From a virus: 64,000 nucleotides of DNA. The stretch lies in the IMG/VR virus record IMGVR_UViG_3300021085_002380; one strand, given 5' to 3'. Below the pieces are notes generated by a model. It had not been told where the DNA came from and made no database searches. It saw only the letters and a program-made list of their open reading frames with translations. The stretch's first letter is position 1. Each line of letters begins with the position of its first letter. Below, in pieces: positions 8,693-18,315 of the stretch. The translations under genes and the position numbers were made by a program.

Positions 8693-9142
8693 TTGGCTAG
8701 ACTCTATCTTATAATCATTATACTAAGTATTTTAGGTGGTGGTGGTTTCGCGGCAAAATCGTACTTTGATTGGTCGCAGGAAACTATCACCACTTTACGT
8801 ACTAATAATGTGAAACTTCAGGACGCTGCGGAAACTCTGCAAAACACTGTTGACCAAATGGTTGCGGATGCAGCACGAAACGAAGAATTGAATAATAACC
8901 TAACTAAGCAATTACAACAATCTCAAGCACATCTTGACAAATTGCGCGGCGTATTTGCTAGAATAGATTTGACTATGGAAGCGCTCACTGACGCGCAAAA
9001 TTTGGAGGAAAGGGTAAACAATGCAGTTGCAGAACTTATTGGAAAAATTGCCGATGAAACTGATCCTAATCCTAGTACCGCTGACGATGCTGACAGCGTG
9101 CCTGGGCAGGACGCCGGAACCGACGGTAGTAACGCAGACTGA
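8693..9142 (+). CDS. i-spanin (Rz-like)
   Basis: N-terminal TM segment then coiled coil; downstream of the endolysin and overlapped by a lipoprotein ORF. Confidence 0.7.
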   Translation: MARLYLIIIILSILGGGGFAAKSYFDWSQETITTLRTNNVKLQDAAETLQNTVDQMVADAARNEELNNNLTKQLQQSQAHLDKLRGVFARIDLTMEALTDAQNLEERVNNAVAELIGKIADETDPNPSTADDADSVPGQDAGTDGSNAD

Positions 9143-9398
9143 ATATGTAAGTCAAAATATTCCAACACAGGAACGGCCTAAAAAGGTGGAGATGCCACCA
9201 GTTGAATGGTACGTTGTGACTGAGGAAAATCTTGACCAAAAAATTGAAGAATTAAAAACATCAACTGGCAATGTTGTGTTCTTTGCTATTTCTGCAAAAG
9301 GATATGAAAATCTTGCAATTGGAATTGGCGATCTTAGACGATACATAAAAGAGCAAAACGCTATAATTGGCTACTATGAGGGTGCACTTTCTGAATAA
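9054..9398 (+). CDS. o-spanin (Rz1-like lipoprotein)
   Basis: Start at 9054 gives MKLILILVPLTMLTAC (lipobox LTAC); Pro-rich; overlaps the i-spanin 3' end. Confidence 0.7.
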   Translation: MKLILILVPLTMLTACLGRTPEPTVVTQTEYVSQNIPTQERPKKVEMPPVEWYVVTEENLDQKIEELKTSTGNVVFFAISAKGYENLAIGIGDLRRYIKEQNAIIGYYEGALSE

Positions 9399-9404
9399 AT
9401 AGTA

Positions 9405-9433
9405 TTGACATAATTAGTTATCAGTGATATATT
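9405..9433 (+). promoter_or_regulatory. sigma70-type promoter (no GANTC)
   Basis: TTGACA-N17-TATATT. Confidence 0.6.
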
Positions 9434-9434
9434 G

Positions 9435-9464
9435 AGGGGTACATAGTAATGATGCCCCTTTTTT
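9435..9464 (+). terminator. Rho-independent terminator after the lysis genes
   Basis: AGGGGTA...TGCCCCT stem followed by a T-run. Confidence 0.6.
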
Positions 9465-9528
9465 ACTCTTAATACCGGAGTTCGCCACCCAGCCTCCGTA
9501 ATCAAAAGGCATAAAAGGAAAAAAGAAA

Positions 9529-10029
9529 TTGGCAAATACAAAGTCAAATTGGGAAACAGATATCGCCCTAATTAAGTCAGATATCAAACAGATACAAAAA
9601 TTCTTCAACAAAGTTGAGGACTCAATGGACATGATGGTTGACTTGTCCAAAAACGTTGCTGTGCAAAATGAAGTCTTAGAGTTTACTAAAGAAAAGCTTG
9701 ACGACGTAGAAAAGCTATGCGAAGAAACAAAACGTACTGACGAATTACGTATGAATGTTTTAAGTGATAGACTTGAAGAATATAGAAGATCTTCTAGGGC
9801 TGACCACGAAAAGCTAGCTAATCACAATGCCGAAAAGCGAGCTACGAGTAATAAAGAAGTACTTGAAAAGTTAGAAGCGGTAGAACAATCATTACATATG
9901 AGACTGAATGAACAGACTAAAAAAGTAAACGTACTTGAAAATTGGCGTTGGTATTTTATGGGCATGGGCCTAGTGTTAGCAATAGTTGTTGCGGAAATTA
10001 ATTGGCCTACATTATTTGGTGGAAATTAA
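9529..10029 (+). CDS. Coiled-coil protein with C-terminal TM helix; holin/lysis-associated candidate
   Basis: Long coiled coil then LENWRWYFMGMGLVLAIVVA; lies next to the spanins. Confidence 0.45.
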   Translation: MANTKSNWETDIALIKSDIKQIQKFFNKVEDSMDMMVDLSKNVAVQNEVLEFTKEKLDDVEKLCEETKRTDELRMNVLSDRLEEYRRSSRADHEKLANHNAEKRATSNKEVLEKLEAVEQSLHMRLNEQTKKVNVLENWRWYFMGMGLVLAIVVAEINWPTLFGGN

Positions 10030-10048
10030 TTGGACTACATTATTTGGT
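9993..10048 (+). repeat. 28-bp tandem duplication (1 mismatch)
   Basis: ggaaattaattggcctacattatttggt followed by ggaaattaattggactacattatttggt. Confidence 0.9.
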
Positions 10049-10094
10049 TGACATTTGGGCCTGATCCAATTATAATCTAATATATACAGAATCA
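10048..10094 (+). promoter_or_regulatory. Consensus sigma70 promoter for primase, with downstream GAATCA
   Basis: TTGACA-N17-TATAAT; AGAATCA at 10088-10094. Confidence 0.8.
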
Positions 10095-10110
10095 GATTGA
10101 GCTTTTTATT

Positions 10111-11115
10111 ATGGTAGATTTTACAGAACTAAAGTATGCACAAATGCTATCCGGGCGTTTGGAAAACTTTAGAATACGTAACACAAATCCTTACAAAATT
10201 AACTTTCGGTGCCCAGTTTGTGGGGACTCCCAAAAGTCACGGTCTAAAAGCCGTGGTTGGCTCCTAGAGTCAAAGAACGTGTTCCATTATTACTGCCACA
10301 ACTGTGGAGCTAGCCAAGGCTTCTCGTTCTTTTTAAAGAGCATAGACCAATTATTGTATAATGATTATGTGGCGGAAAAGTTTATGGCTAATACTGCTGT
10401 AAAAGACTCGGAACCTGATGAGAATCAATTTAAGACAAAAGCTCCAGTCTTTAATAAGAAGAACCCGCTATTAAAAATTAAGAAGATAAGTCAACTTAAA
10501 TCTGACCATCCTATTAAAAGATATATTGAAAAACGTAAAATACCAACTAAGCATCATTATCGTTTATACTTTGCAAAAAAGTTTAAGACTTGGATTAATG
10601 AAATTATTCCTAATAAATTTGAAAACATAGGTAAAGATGAACCGCGGTTGGTAATACCTTTCTTAGATCAAAACGGCAATTGCTTTGGTGTATCTGCTCG
10701 TGGGTTTGATCCTAAAGGAATTAGATATATAACTATAATGTTTGAAGAAAGACCAAAAATATTTGGCCTTGATAAAGTTGACTTTTCACAACCATATTAT
10801 ATTGTCGAAGGCGCTATTGATAGTTTCTTTATTGAAAACGCTATTGCAATGAATGGTGCTGAAGGCAACGGCAACGCTGCAGGAGACAACGCAATATATG
10901 TCTTTGATGCCGAGCCAAGAAACAAAGAAATACACAAAAGAATGGAAAAGGTTATTAAAGCAGGCTACAAGGTTTGTATATGGCCATCCGACGTCCCAGG
11001 TAAAGATATTAACGAAATCTATTTAGCAGGACTTGATCCTGAAAAGTTAATTGAAGATAATACTTATCAAGGATTACAAGCAGAATTGAAACTCAGCGCA
11101 TGGCGCAAATCATAA
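10111..11115 (+). CDS. gp61: DNA primase (T4 gp61-like)
   Basis: NFRCPVCGDSQKSRSKSRG...CHNCG zinc finger; TOPRIM motifs VEGAIDS, FDAEPRN and KDINE. Confidence 0.93.
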   Translation: MVDFTELKYAQMLSGRLENFRIRNTNPYKINFRCPVCGDSQKSRSKSRGWLLESKNVFHYYCHNCGASQGFSFFLKSIDQLLYNDYVAEKFMANTAVKDSEPDENQFKTKAPVFNKKNPLLKIKKISQLKSDHPIKRYIEKRKIPTKHHYRLYFAKKFKTWINEIIPNKFENIGKDEPRLVIPFLDQNGNCFGVSARGFDPKGIRYITIMFEERPKIFGLDKVDFSQPYYIVEGAIDSFFIENAIAMNGAEGNGNAAGDNAIYVFDAEPRNKEIHKRMEKVIKAGYKVCIWPSDVPGKDINEIYLAGLDPEKLIEDNTYQGLQAELKLSAWRKS

Positions 11116-11124
11116 GGATACAAA

Positions 11125-11793
11125 ATGCAAGTTAGATTAATTGGTTATACTCAACCAGCTGAAGGAGAAATTATTGGGCTCGACGATGTGCAAGATATGA
11201 TTGCATATTGCGCAAGAGTGTCAAATCCTACTAATCAATTGAACCAAGAAACAGCGCCGAAGCTATTAAGTTACTTAGCAAAACATGCTCATTGGTCACC
11301 ATTTGAAATGGCTAATGCAACAATGGAAATTGAAACTACTCGTGATATTGCTCGCCAAATGTTACGACATCGCTCCTTTGCTTTTCAGGAGTTTAGTCAA
11401 CGATATGCTGACCCTGCGCTTATGGGTAATCAGTTTGTAACGCGTGAAGCACGTTTACAAGATACTAAAAACCGTCAAAATAGTATTGCTAACTCTGACG
11501 AACGTTTGCAGATGATGTGGGACTCAAAACAGGGTGAAGTTATTCGTGCGGCGGAAGATGCATACAAGTGGGCTATTGAAAATGGTATTGCTAAAGAGCA
11601 GGCTCGTGCGGTTTTGCCTGAAGGTAATACTATTAGCCGTTTGTATATGCAAGGCTCTATCCGATCTTGGATCCATTATATTGAGCTGCGTGCTTCAAAT
11701 GGAACACAACAAGAACACATGGATATTGCAGCTGAATGTGCAAAAGCCATATCCAAAATATTTCCGTTAATTGATACTTATGTTCAAAAATAA
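11125..11793 (+). CDS. thyX: Flavin-dependent thymidylate synthase
   Basis: HWSPFE, RHRSFAFQEFSQRY and AKEQARAVLP. Confidence 0.95.
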   Translation: MQVRLIGYTQPAEGEIIGLDDVQDMIAYCARVSNPTNQLNQETAPKLLSYLAKHAHWSPFEMANATMEIETTRDIARQMLRHRSFAFQEFSQRYADPALMGNQFVTREARLQDTKNRQNSIANSDERLQMMWDSKQGEVIRAAEDAYKWAIENGIAKEQARAVLPEGNTISRLYMQGSIRSWIHYIELRASNGTQQEHMDIAAECAKAISKIFPLIDTYVQK

Positions 11794-11886
11794 AAATAAA
11801 AAAGTTCAAATATCGCCCAAAAACGGAAACCTAAATGAATAAATATCCCTACAATTTGACATCTATAGTTAAAGAATATCCCTTAG

Positions 11887-11902
11887 CCACAATATATTGA
11901 TC
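11887..11902 (+). promoter_or_regulatory. Candidate NrdR box upstream of the RNR operon
   Basis: CCACAATATATTGATC matches the core of the NrdR consensus acaCwAtATaTwGtg; no clear second box. Confidence 0.45.
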
Positions 11903-11960
11903 CGATTAAGTCGGGAGGTATATCTTTGGCTTTATCACAAACACATAAGAAAGAGGACCG

Positions 11961-13244
11961 ATGATGCTACAATCAACTCCACCAGAAATTCTAAGACGAG
12001 TTAATTACGTTACTAAACGCGATGGTACTACTGAATCTTATGATGAGAATAAAATTAGTACTGCCGTATCTAAAGCTATGAAAACCGTTGGTATGCGAAG
12101 TAGAATGCTTCCTGGTGAAGTTGCGTTAGAAGTTACAGATTTGTTGAACCGAGATGATGAAGCAGACATTCAAGTTGATGTTGATGCCGTGCACCAAAAG
12201 GTAGAAAATGTAATTATGGATATGGGATTACACGATCTTGCTCGTGAATATATTTTATTCCGTTATAATAACCAACCAAACATTTTTCGTAAAAGAACAA
12301 GTTTAAAACCATACGAGTATCCACAGGTAGTTGAATTTACTGACGCTATTCGCCATTCGTATTGGGTACATACTGAGTTTAATTATTCCTCAGATATTCA
12401 AGATATGAAAGTACGTATGACACCCGAGGAAGTTGATATTGTAAAGAAAGCAATGTTGGCTATTTCTCAAATTGAAGTTGCGGTTAAAACGTTTTGGTCA
12501 AAAATCGGTGATAAGTTTCCAAAGCCAGAAGTACAGGCAGTTGGTGTAACCTTTGGCGAGTCTGAAGTACGTCACGCCGACGCTTATTCAAATCTTATTG
12601 AGATTATGGGACTTAACGAAGAGTTTGCAAAGATTGTAGAAGTACCTGCCATGAAAAAGCGTATTGCTTATCTTGAGCAGTCAATTGCTGCACCGGTTGA
12701 TGATAAAGATTATTTCCATAAAATTATTCTATTCTCTATGTTTGTTGAAAACGTATCACTGTTTAGTCAGTTCCTAATTATGATGGCATTTAATAAACAC
12801 AAGAATGTATTAAAAGGTATTTCCAACGCCGTAGAGGCAACATCAAAAGAAGAAGATATCCATGCTCGTTTCGGATTTGAGCTTGTAAACATTATCCGTG
12901 AAGAAAACCCAGAGTGGTTTGATAAAGAAAGTATTAACGAAGTGAATAGACTTTGCCGCGATGCCTTCAAGGCTGAGTCTGCTATCGTCGATTGGATCTA
13001 TGGTGAATCTGACCTAGACTTTTTGCCGAAAGCAACTGTTAAAGAATTCCTAAAACATCGTTTCAATCAATCATTAACAGCTATAGATATGAAGCCTTTA
13101 TATGAGGTAGATCAAGAGGCGGTAAAAAGTACCGACTGGTTCGTTGAAGAAATTTTGAGTACAAAGAATGTTGACTTCTTTGTTAAACGTAGTACAGCAT
13201 ATTCTAAAAAGACCAAAGCATTCACCGAAGACGATCTATTTTAA
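11961..13244 (+). CDS. nrdB: Ribonucleotide reductase beta subunit with N-terminal ATP-cone (class Id/NrdBi-like)
   Basis: VTKRDG...KISTAVSKA...VENVIM..AREYILFR ATP-cone; ferritin-like core with SQIEVAVKTFW, ESEVRHADAY, VENVSLFSQF and EEDIH. Confidence 0.9.
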   Translation: MMLQSTPPEILRRVNYVTKRDGTTESYDENKISTAVSKAMKTVGMRSRMLPGEVALEVTDLLNRDDEADIQVDVDAVHQKVENVIMDMGLHDLAREYILFRYNNQPNIFRKRTSLKPYEYPQVVEFTDAIRHSYWVHTEFNYSSDIQDMKVRMTPEEVDIVKKAMLAISQIEVAVKTFWSKIGDKFPKPEVQAVGVTFGESEVRHADAYSNLIEIMGLNEEFAKIVEVPAMKKRIAYLEQSIAAPVDDKDYFHKIILFSMFVENVSLFSQFLIMMAFNKHKNVLKGISNAVEATSKEEDIHARFGFELVNIIREENPEWFDKESINEVNRLCRDAFKAESAIVDWIYGESDLDFLPKATVKEFLKHRFNQSLTAIDMKPLYEVDQEAVKSTDWFVEEILSTKNVDFFVKRSTAYSKKTKAFTEDDLF

Positions 13245-13256
13245 TAAGGAAAAAAC

Positions 13257-14915
13257 ATGAAAGATTTTTATTGGTTAAACGAGGACTCTCGTACATTTTT
13301 GTCGCGCGGCTATCTTAGCGAAGGTGAAACCCCTGAAAGCCGTATCCGTGATATTGCAAACAAAGCAGAAGAATATTTAAACGAGCCAGGATTTGCGGAC
13401 AAGTTTTATGAGTATATGGCTCGTGGCTTTTATTCGTTAGCATCTCCTGTTTGGGCTAATTACGGTAAAGAACGAGGTTTACCTGTATCTTGCTTTGGTT
13501 CATACATTGATGATAGCATGCAAGCTATCTTGTTTGGTCATGCTGAAAACGGTATGCTAATGAAAAACGGTGGTGGTACGTCAGGTTACTTTGGTAATAT
13601 CCGTCATCGTGGCGCTCCTATTCGAGACTCAGGCGAGTCCTCAGGCTCAGTACACTTTATGCAAATGTATGATACACTTGCGTCTGTTGTATCACAAGGT
13701 TCTGTTCGCCGCGGTTTCTTTGCTGCATATCAAGACATTGAACATCCTGATGCTGATGAGTTTTTGGACATTGGTACAGAAGGCAATCCTATTCAAGGTC
13801 TAACAACTGGTATTACTGTTAGTGATAAATTCATTGAAGAAATGAAAGCAGGGGATCCTGAAAAGCGCCGCTTGTGGGCAAAGGTTCTACAACGTCGTTC
13901 TGAAGTTGGGTTTCCTTATATCCTATATTCCGATAATGTAAATAACGGAAGACCGCAAGTCTATAAAGACAAAGATATGAGAGTTTATGCTTCAAACATG
14001 TGTGCTGAAATTGCGTTACCATCCAGCCACGAAGAAACATTTACATGTGTACTTTCTTCTATTAACGTATTGCATTGGGATCAAATTAAAGATACTGACG
14101 CGATTGAAACAATGACAAAATTCCTTGATACTGTTTGTGAAGAATTTATTATTAAAACAGAAGGCCAAATCTATTTAAAACGAGCGCGTGACTTTGCTAT
14201 GAACCACCGCGCCCTTGGTGTTGGTATTCTTGGATGGCATTCGTTACTTCAATCAAAAATGATGGCCTTTGAAGGTTCAGCTGCGTCAAAATTGAATTTA
14301 GAAATTGCACAAACATTACGTGAAAGATCCCACGCGGCGTCTGCTGAGTTAGCAAAAACTTTAGGCGAGCCACCTTTACTAAAAGGTTATGGAATGCGTA
14401 ATACTACAACGATGGCAATTGCTCCTACTAAATCATCGAGCTTTATTCTTGGGCAAGTATCACAATCAATTGAGCCTGAGTTCAGCAACTGTTATGTTAA
14501 AGATCTGGCCAAAATGAAAGTTACAATCAAAAATCCATATCTACAAAAACTCCTTGAAGATAAAGGTGCAGATACCGTAGAAACGTGGGATAGTATTAAA
14601 GCAAGAGATGGATCTGTGCAACACCTTGTAGAATTGCTGGATGAAAATGAACGAGCCGTATTCAAAACGTTTTCAGAAATTAATCCAAACGCAATTATTG
14701 ACCAAGCCGCAATTCGTCAAGAATACATTGACCAATCGCAAAGTCTAAACCTAATGTTAGATCCTGATATGTCAGTTAAAGAAATCAATCAAATGTATCT
14801 ATATGCGTGGGAAATGGGTGTAAAGAGTTTGTACTACAGTTATTCAATGTCTGCAGCGCAATCACTTACTCGAAAGCGTGTAATGTTAGAAGGTTGTGCA
14901 GCCTGCGAAGCTTAA
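13257..14915 (+). CDS. nrdA: Ribonucleotide reductase alpha subunit (short, no ATP-cone)
   Basis: [38 protein letters not shown] and C-terminal CAACEA. Confidence 0.93.
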   Translation: MKDFYWLNEDSRTFLSRGYLSEGETPESRIRDIANKAEEYLNEPGFADKFYEYMARGFYSLASPVWANYGKERGLPVSCFGSYIDDSMQAILFGHAENGMLMKNGGGTSGYFGNIRHRGAPIRDSGESSGSVHFMQMYDTLASVVSQGSVRRGFFAAYQDIEHPDADEFLDIGTEGNPIQGLTTGITVSDKFIEEMKAGDPEKRRLWAKVLQRRSEVGFPYILYSDNVNNGRPQVYKDKDMRVYASNMCAEIALPSSHEETFTCVLSSINVLHWDQIKDTDAIETMTKFLDTVCEEFIIKTEGQIYLKRARDFAMNHRALGVGILGWHSLLQSKMMAFEGSAASKLNLEIAQTLRERSHAASAELAKTLGEPPLLKGYGMRNTTTMAIAPTKSSSFILGQVSQSIEPEFSNCYVKDLAKMKVTIKNPYLQKLLEDKGADTVETWDSIKARDGSVQHLVELLDENERAVFKTFSEINPNAIIDQAAIRQEYIDQSQSLNLMLDPDMSVKEINQMYLYAWEMGVKSLYYSYSMSAAQSLTRKRVMLEGCAACEA

Positions 14916-14916
14916 T

Positions 14917-16110
14917 ATGAAACATTTGCACTATTTTAAAAATACAGTCGATAGTTATAGAGAAGATGGTCGTTATAGAGTTTTTAATGATATCATAAGA
15001 GAACGTGGTAACTTTCCAAAAGCAATTTGGTATGGCAAATACGCTCCTAAGAATATTGTTAATTGGTGCTCAAACGACTATCTTGGTATGGGTCAAAACG
15101 AATATGTTATTGACGCTATGCACACGGCTTTAGACCAAACAGGATCAGGATCCGGCGGTACACGCAATATTGGCGGAACCTCGCAATACCATGTTACATT
15201 AGAAAGAGAACTTGCGTCGCTTCATAAAAAGGAGTCAGCACTTCTTTTCTCGTCCGCATATGTTGCAAACGAATGGGCTATTATTTCTTTAAGTAGAATT
15301 ATACCAAACATATGTTTTATTTCTGACAACAAAAATCATGCGTCTATTATTATGGGCGTTAAGCACAGCCGTGCTGATAAAATGATTTTTCATCATAACG
15401 ATATGGCAGATCTCGAGGAAGCATTAACTATTGCAACAGAAAGTGGACAAGTACCTTGTATACTATTTGAGTCTGTGTATTCTATGGATGGCGATGTTGC
15501 TCTTATTGAACAGATATTGGACTTAGCGGATAAATATAACGCAATTACGTATATTGACGAAGTACATGCCGTTGGTTTATACGGCGAACAAGGTGGAGGT
15601 TATTGCGAGCACCTTGGTTTAGAAGACAGGGTAGATATTATTAATGGTACACTTGGAAAAGCATTCGGAGTTCAAGGCGGGTATATTAGTGGGAATCGTA
15701 CTGTCATTGACGCTATTAGGTCCGTGGCTTCTGGGTTCATCTTTACAACAAGTATATCGCCCGCCGTGTGCGCCGGAGCAATTGCCTCAATCAAATTTCT
15801 CAAAGATCATACAGGCTTGCGATCCAAACATCAACAACGAGCAACAAAACTGAAACAATTGTTGAGCGAAGCTAATATACCAGTTCATGACTCGTGTTGC
15901 ACGCATATCGTTCCTGTAATGGTTAATGATGCGTTTAAGTGCAAAGACGCCAGTGATCGTTTGTTGAATGAGTATGGAATTTATATTCAAGCAATTAATT
16001 CGCCAACCGTTAATGCTGGTACTGAAAGATTACGAATTGCGCCAACGCCGTATCACAATGACGTGATGATGGTAGAGTTGGTAGAAGCATTGAAAGAAGT
16101 GCTTAAATGA
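14917..16110 (+). CDS. hemA: 5-aminolevulinate synthase (C4/Shemin pathway)
   Basis: [48 protein letters not shown] (PLP lysine) and GTERLRIAP. Confidence 0.92.
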   Translation: MKHLHYFKNTVDSYREDGRYRVFNDIIRERGNFPKAIWYGKYAPKNIVNWCSNDYLGMGQNEYVIDAMHTALDQTGSGSGGTRNIGGTSQYHVTLERELASLHKKESALLFSSAYVANEWAIISLSRIIPNICFISDNKNHASIIMGVKHSRADKMIFHHNDMADLEEALTIATESGQVPCILFESVYSMDGDVALIEQILDLADKYNAITYIDEVHAVGLYGEQGGGYCEHLGLEDRVDIINGTLGKAFGVQGGYISGNRTVIDAIRSVASGFIFTTSISPAVCAGAIASIKFLKDHTGLRSKHQQRATKLKQLLSEANIPVHDSCCTHIVPVMVNDAFKCKDASDRLLNEYGIYIQAINSPTVNAGTERLRIAPTPYHNDVMMVELVEALKEVLK

Positions 16111-16205
16111 ACAATAATATGTTAACAGTCAAACTGATGTTATTTCTATGCGTGTTTTTACACGTTGTAGTAATACCAGTATGGATGTGGAGTTTAGGAT
16201 TATGA
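16107..16205 (+). CDS. Small hydrophobic peptide (32 aa, not in ORF track)
   Basis: ATGA overlap with the hemA stop; [32 protein letters not shown]. Confidence 0.4.
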   Translation: MNNNMLTVKLMLFLCVFLHVVVIPVWMWSLGL

Positions 16206-16255
16206 ATCAACTTGAGTCTGCATTCTTTGGAAAACGACTGTGGAAGGAAAATAAA

Positions 16256-16675
16256 ATGAGTAAGATTAAAAAAGCCTTTTGGTTTTGTCTAGGAATTATT
16301 TTAGTAGGAGTAGCGTATCTCGGCGTATTACTACCTGGTCTACCTTGGTCAACACCAATTCTTGGCGCAACGTTTTGTTTCGCTAAATCAAGTGATAGAT
16401 TGCATGCATGGATTATGAACCACCCAAGGTTTGGTCCATTTGTTAAAAACTGGTCAAAGTACCGTGTATATCCAACCGCCGCTAAATGGCTGATGGTTGC
16501 AGTTATGTCCACGTCTTTGGCATTTATGTATTTTGGTACAGGTAATGAAAAAGCAACGCTTTACTTGTTTATTACATTCGCATTAATTGTTACATGGGCA
16601 TGGCGTTATCCTGGCTCACAGGCTATTGCTGAAGATCGCATTGCTAAAGGCAAAAAGATCGGTTGGCTAAAGTAA
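16256..16675 (+). CDS. ybaN: YbaN/DUF454 family inner-membrane protein
   Basis: LGVLLPGLPWSTPILGATFCFAKSSDRLHAWIMNHPRFGPFV; ATG at 16256 follows AAGGA. Confidence 0.8.
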   Translation: MSKIKKAFWFCLGIILVGVAYLGVLLPGLPWSTPILGATFCFAKSSDRLHAWIMNHPRFGPFVKNWSKYRVYPTAAKWLMVAVMSTSLAFMYFGTGNEKATLYLFITFALIVTWAWRYPGSQAIAEDRIAKGKKIGWLK

Positions 16676-16717
16676 ATAAATAAACTTATATAATATGAAT
16701 ATGATGAAAGGTATATT

Positions 16718-17743
16718 ATGGCAAAACGTATTCTAATTACTGGTGGCGGTGGTTTTATTGCTCACCATTTAATTAATCAGGTACTCCTCCGAACAGACTG
16801 GGAAATTGTAACGCTTGATCGTTTAGATTATAGCGGTAATCTCAATCGCCTCCATGATTTACTTCAGGAACGAACTCCTGCTGAGCGTAAACGTGTACGA
16901 ACAATCTTCCACGACTTAAAGGCAGAAATCAACCCAATGCTCGAAGCAGACATTGGTCCTGTTGATATTATTGCTCACCTGGCAGCTGGTTCCCACGTAG
17001 ATCGTTCTATTGAGCGTCCTATGGAATTTGTTATGGATAACGTAGTGGGTACGGCTAATCTTTTAGATTATGGTCGTCGGCAAGACAATCTTGAAAGGTT
17101 CTTATACTTTTCAACAGACGAAGTATTTGGACCTGCTCCGGATGGAATTAAGTATGACGAATATGATCGTTATAATTGTACTAATCCATATTCAGCATCT
17201 AAGGCTGGAGCTGAGGAATTGGCTGTTGCATATCAAAATACTTATAATATGCCAATTTATATTACTCACACTATGAATGTGTTTGGCCAACGTCAACATC
17301 CTGAAAAGTTTATTCCTATGACTATTCGGAATGTAAGAGATGGCGGTACTGTTACAATTCATAGCGATGCAAGCAAAACAATACCAGGATCTCGTCATTA
17401 CATTCACGCTGAAGATGTAGCTGACGCAACAATGTTTTTGCTAGAACACAATCGTACTTTAGATATGTCAAATAATAGTGGTATTAAATGTCCTAAGTTT
17501 AACATCTGCGGAGCAACCGAGCTTAACAATTTAGAACTCGCAAATCTTATTGCTGACGCACAAGGAAAGGAACTTAAATATGAGTTTATGGATTTCCATT
17601 CTAGCCGTCCTGGCCATGATCTTCGTTATGCTCTTAGTGGTGATCGTATGGCGAATATGGGTTGGCGTCCGCAACCTGTTAGAGAAAGAATTGCTGAAGT
17701 GGTCCAGTGGACTTTAGATAACAGAAGGTGGCTTGACATATGA
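16718..17743 (+). CDS. rmlB: dTDP-glucose 4,6-dehydratase-like SDR
   Basis: ITGGGGFI, HLAAGSHVDRSI, STDEVFG, PYSASKA, QHPEKFIP and RPGHDLRYAL. Confidence 0.85.
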   Translation: MAKRILITGGGGFIAHHLINQVLLRTDWEIVTLDRLDYSGNLNRLHDLLQERTPAERKRVRTIFHDLKAEINPMLEADIGPVDIIAHLAAGSHVDRSIERPMEFVMDNVVGTANLLDYGRRQDNLERFLYFSTDEVFGPAPDGIKYDEYDRYNCTNPYSASKAGAEELAVAYQNTYNMPIYITHTMNVFGQRQHPEKFIPMTIRNVRDGGTVTIHSDASKTIPGSRHYIHAEDVADATMFLLEHNRTLDMSNNSGIKCPKFNICGATELNNLELANLIADAQGKELKYEFMDFHSSRPGHDLRYALSGDRMANMGWRPQPVRERIAEVVQWTLDNRRWLDI

Positions 17744-18315
17744 ACTTTCAAACAATTATAAACCAAACATACAATGAGTGGTCCGCTAAGCCCACTGATA
17801 TTAATGAGCATCTTCCGATTTTAAAAGACTATGCTGAACACTGTAAACACGTAACTGAAATGGGAGTTCGCCGTGGCGCGAGCTCTCGAGCATTCCTAAC
17901 TTGCGATGTAGTGTTGCGGTCATATGACATTTACGAAGAACCAAGTGTTACTGAATTATTTGAAATGGCTCGTAAAGCAGGTAAGGATGTTGACTATATT
18001 ATCAAAGATGTACTGCAAGTTAAAATTGAACCGACTGATATGCTGTTTATTGATACGTGGCATTCACAGGCTCAACTAAGACAAGAACTTGCTATGCATG
18101 GTAATGTACCAACAAGATTCTTAGCATTTCATGATACTCATACATATGGTACTGTTGACGAAAGTATGGAGTGGGCGTCAAATCCAAACCGTAAAGCAAT
18201 CAAAGGTCAAGGATTGCTTCCAGCCATTATTGAATTTATTATGGCAAATCCTCATTGGAAATTTAGAGACCATAGAACAAACAATAACGGACTGACAGTA
18301 TTAGAAAGATCATAA
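17740..18315 (+). CDS. Class I SAM methyltransferase (Methyltransf_24-like)
   Basis: DINEHLP, EMGVRRGAS, DMLFIDTWH, AFHDT and NNNGLTVL. Confidence 0.7.
   Translation: MNFQTIINQTYNEWSAKPTDINEHLPILKDYAEHCKHVTEMGVRRGASSRAFLTCDVVLRSYDIYEEPSVTELFEMARKAGKDVDYIIKDVLQVKIEPTDMLFIDTWHSQAQLRQELAMHGNVPTRFLAFHDTHTYGTVDESMEWASNPNRKAIKGQGLLPAIIEFIMANPHWKFRDHRTNNNGLTVLERS

Noticed and set aside
11856-11861. TTGACA upstream of nrdB (and another at 36964) as sigma70 promoters
   Set aside because: No acceptable -10 at 17-bp spacing, so both were excluded from the promoter count.
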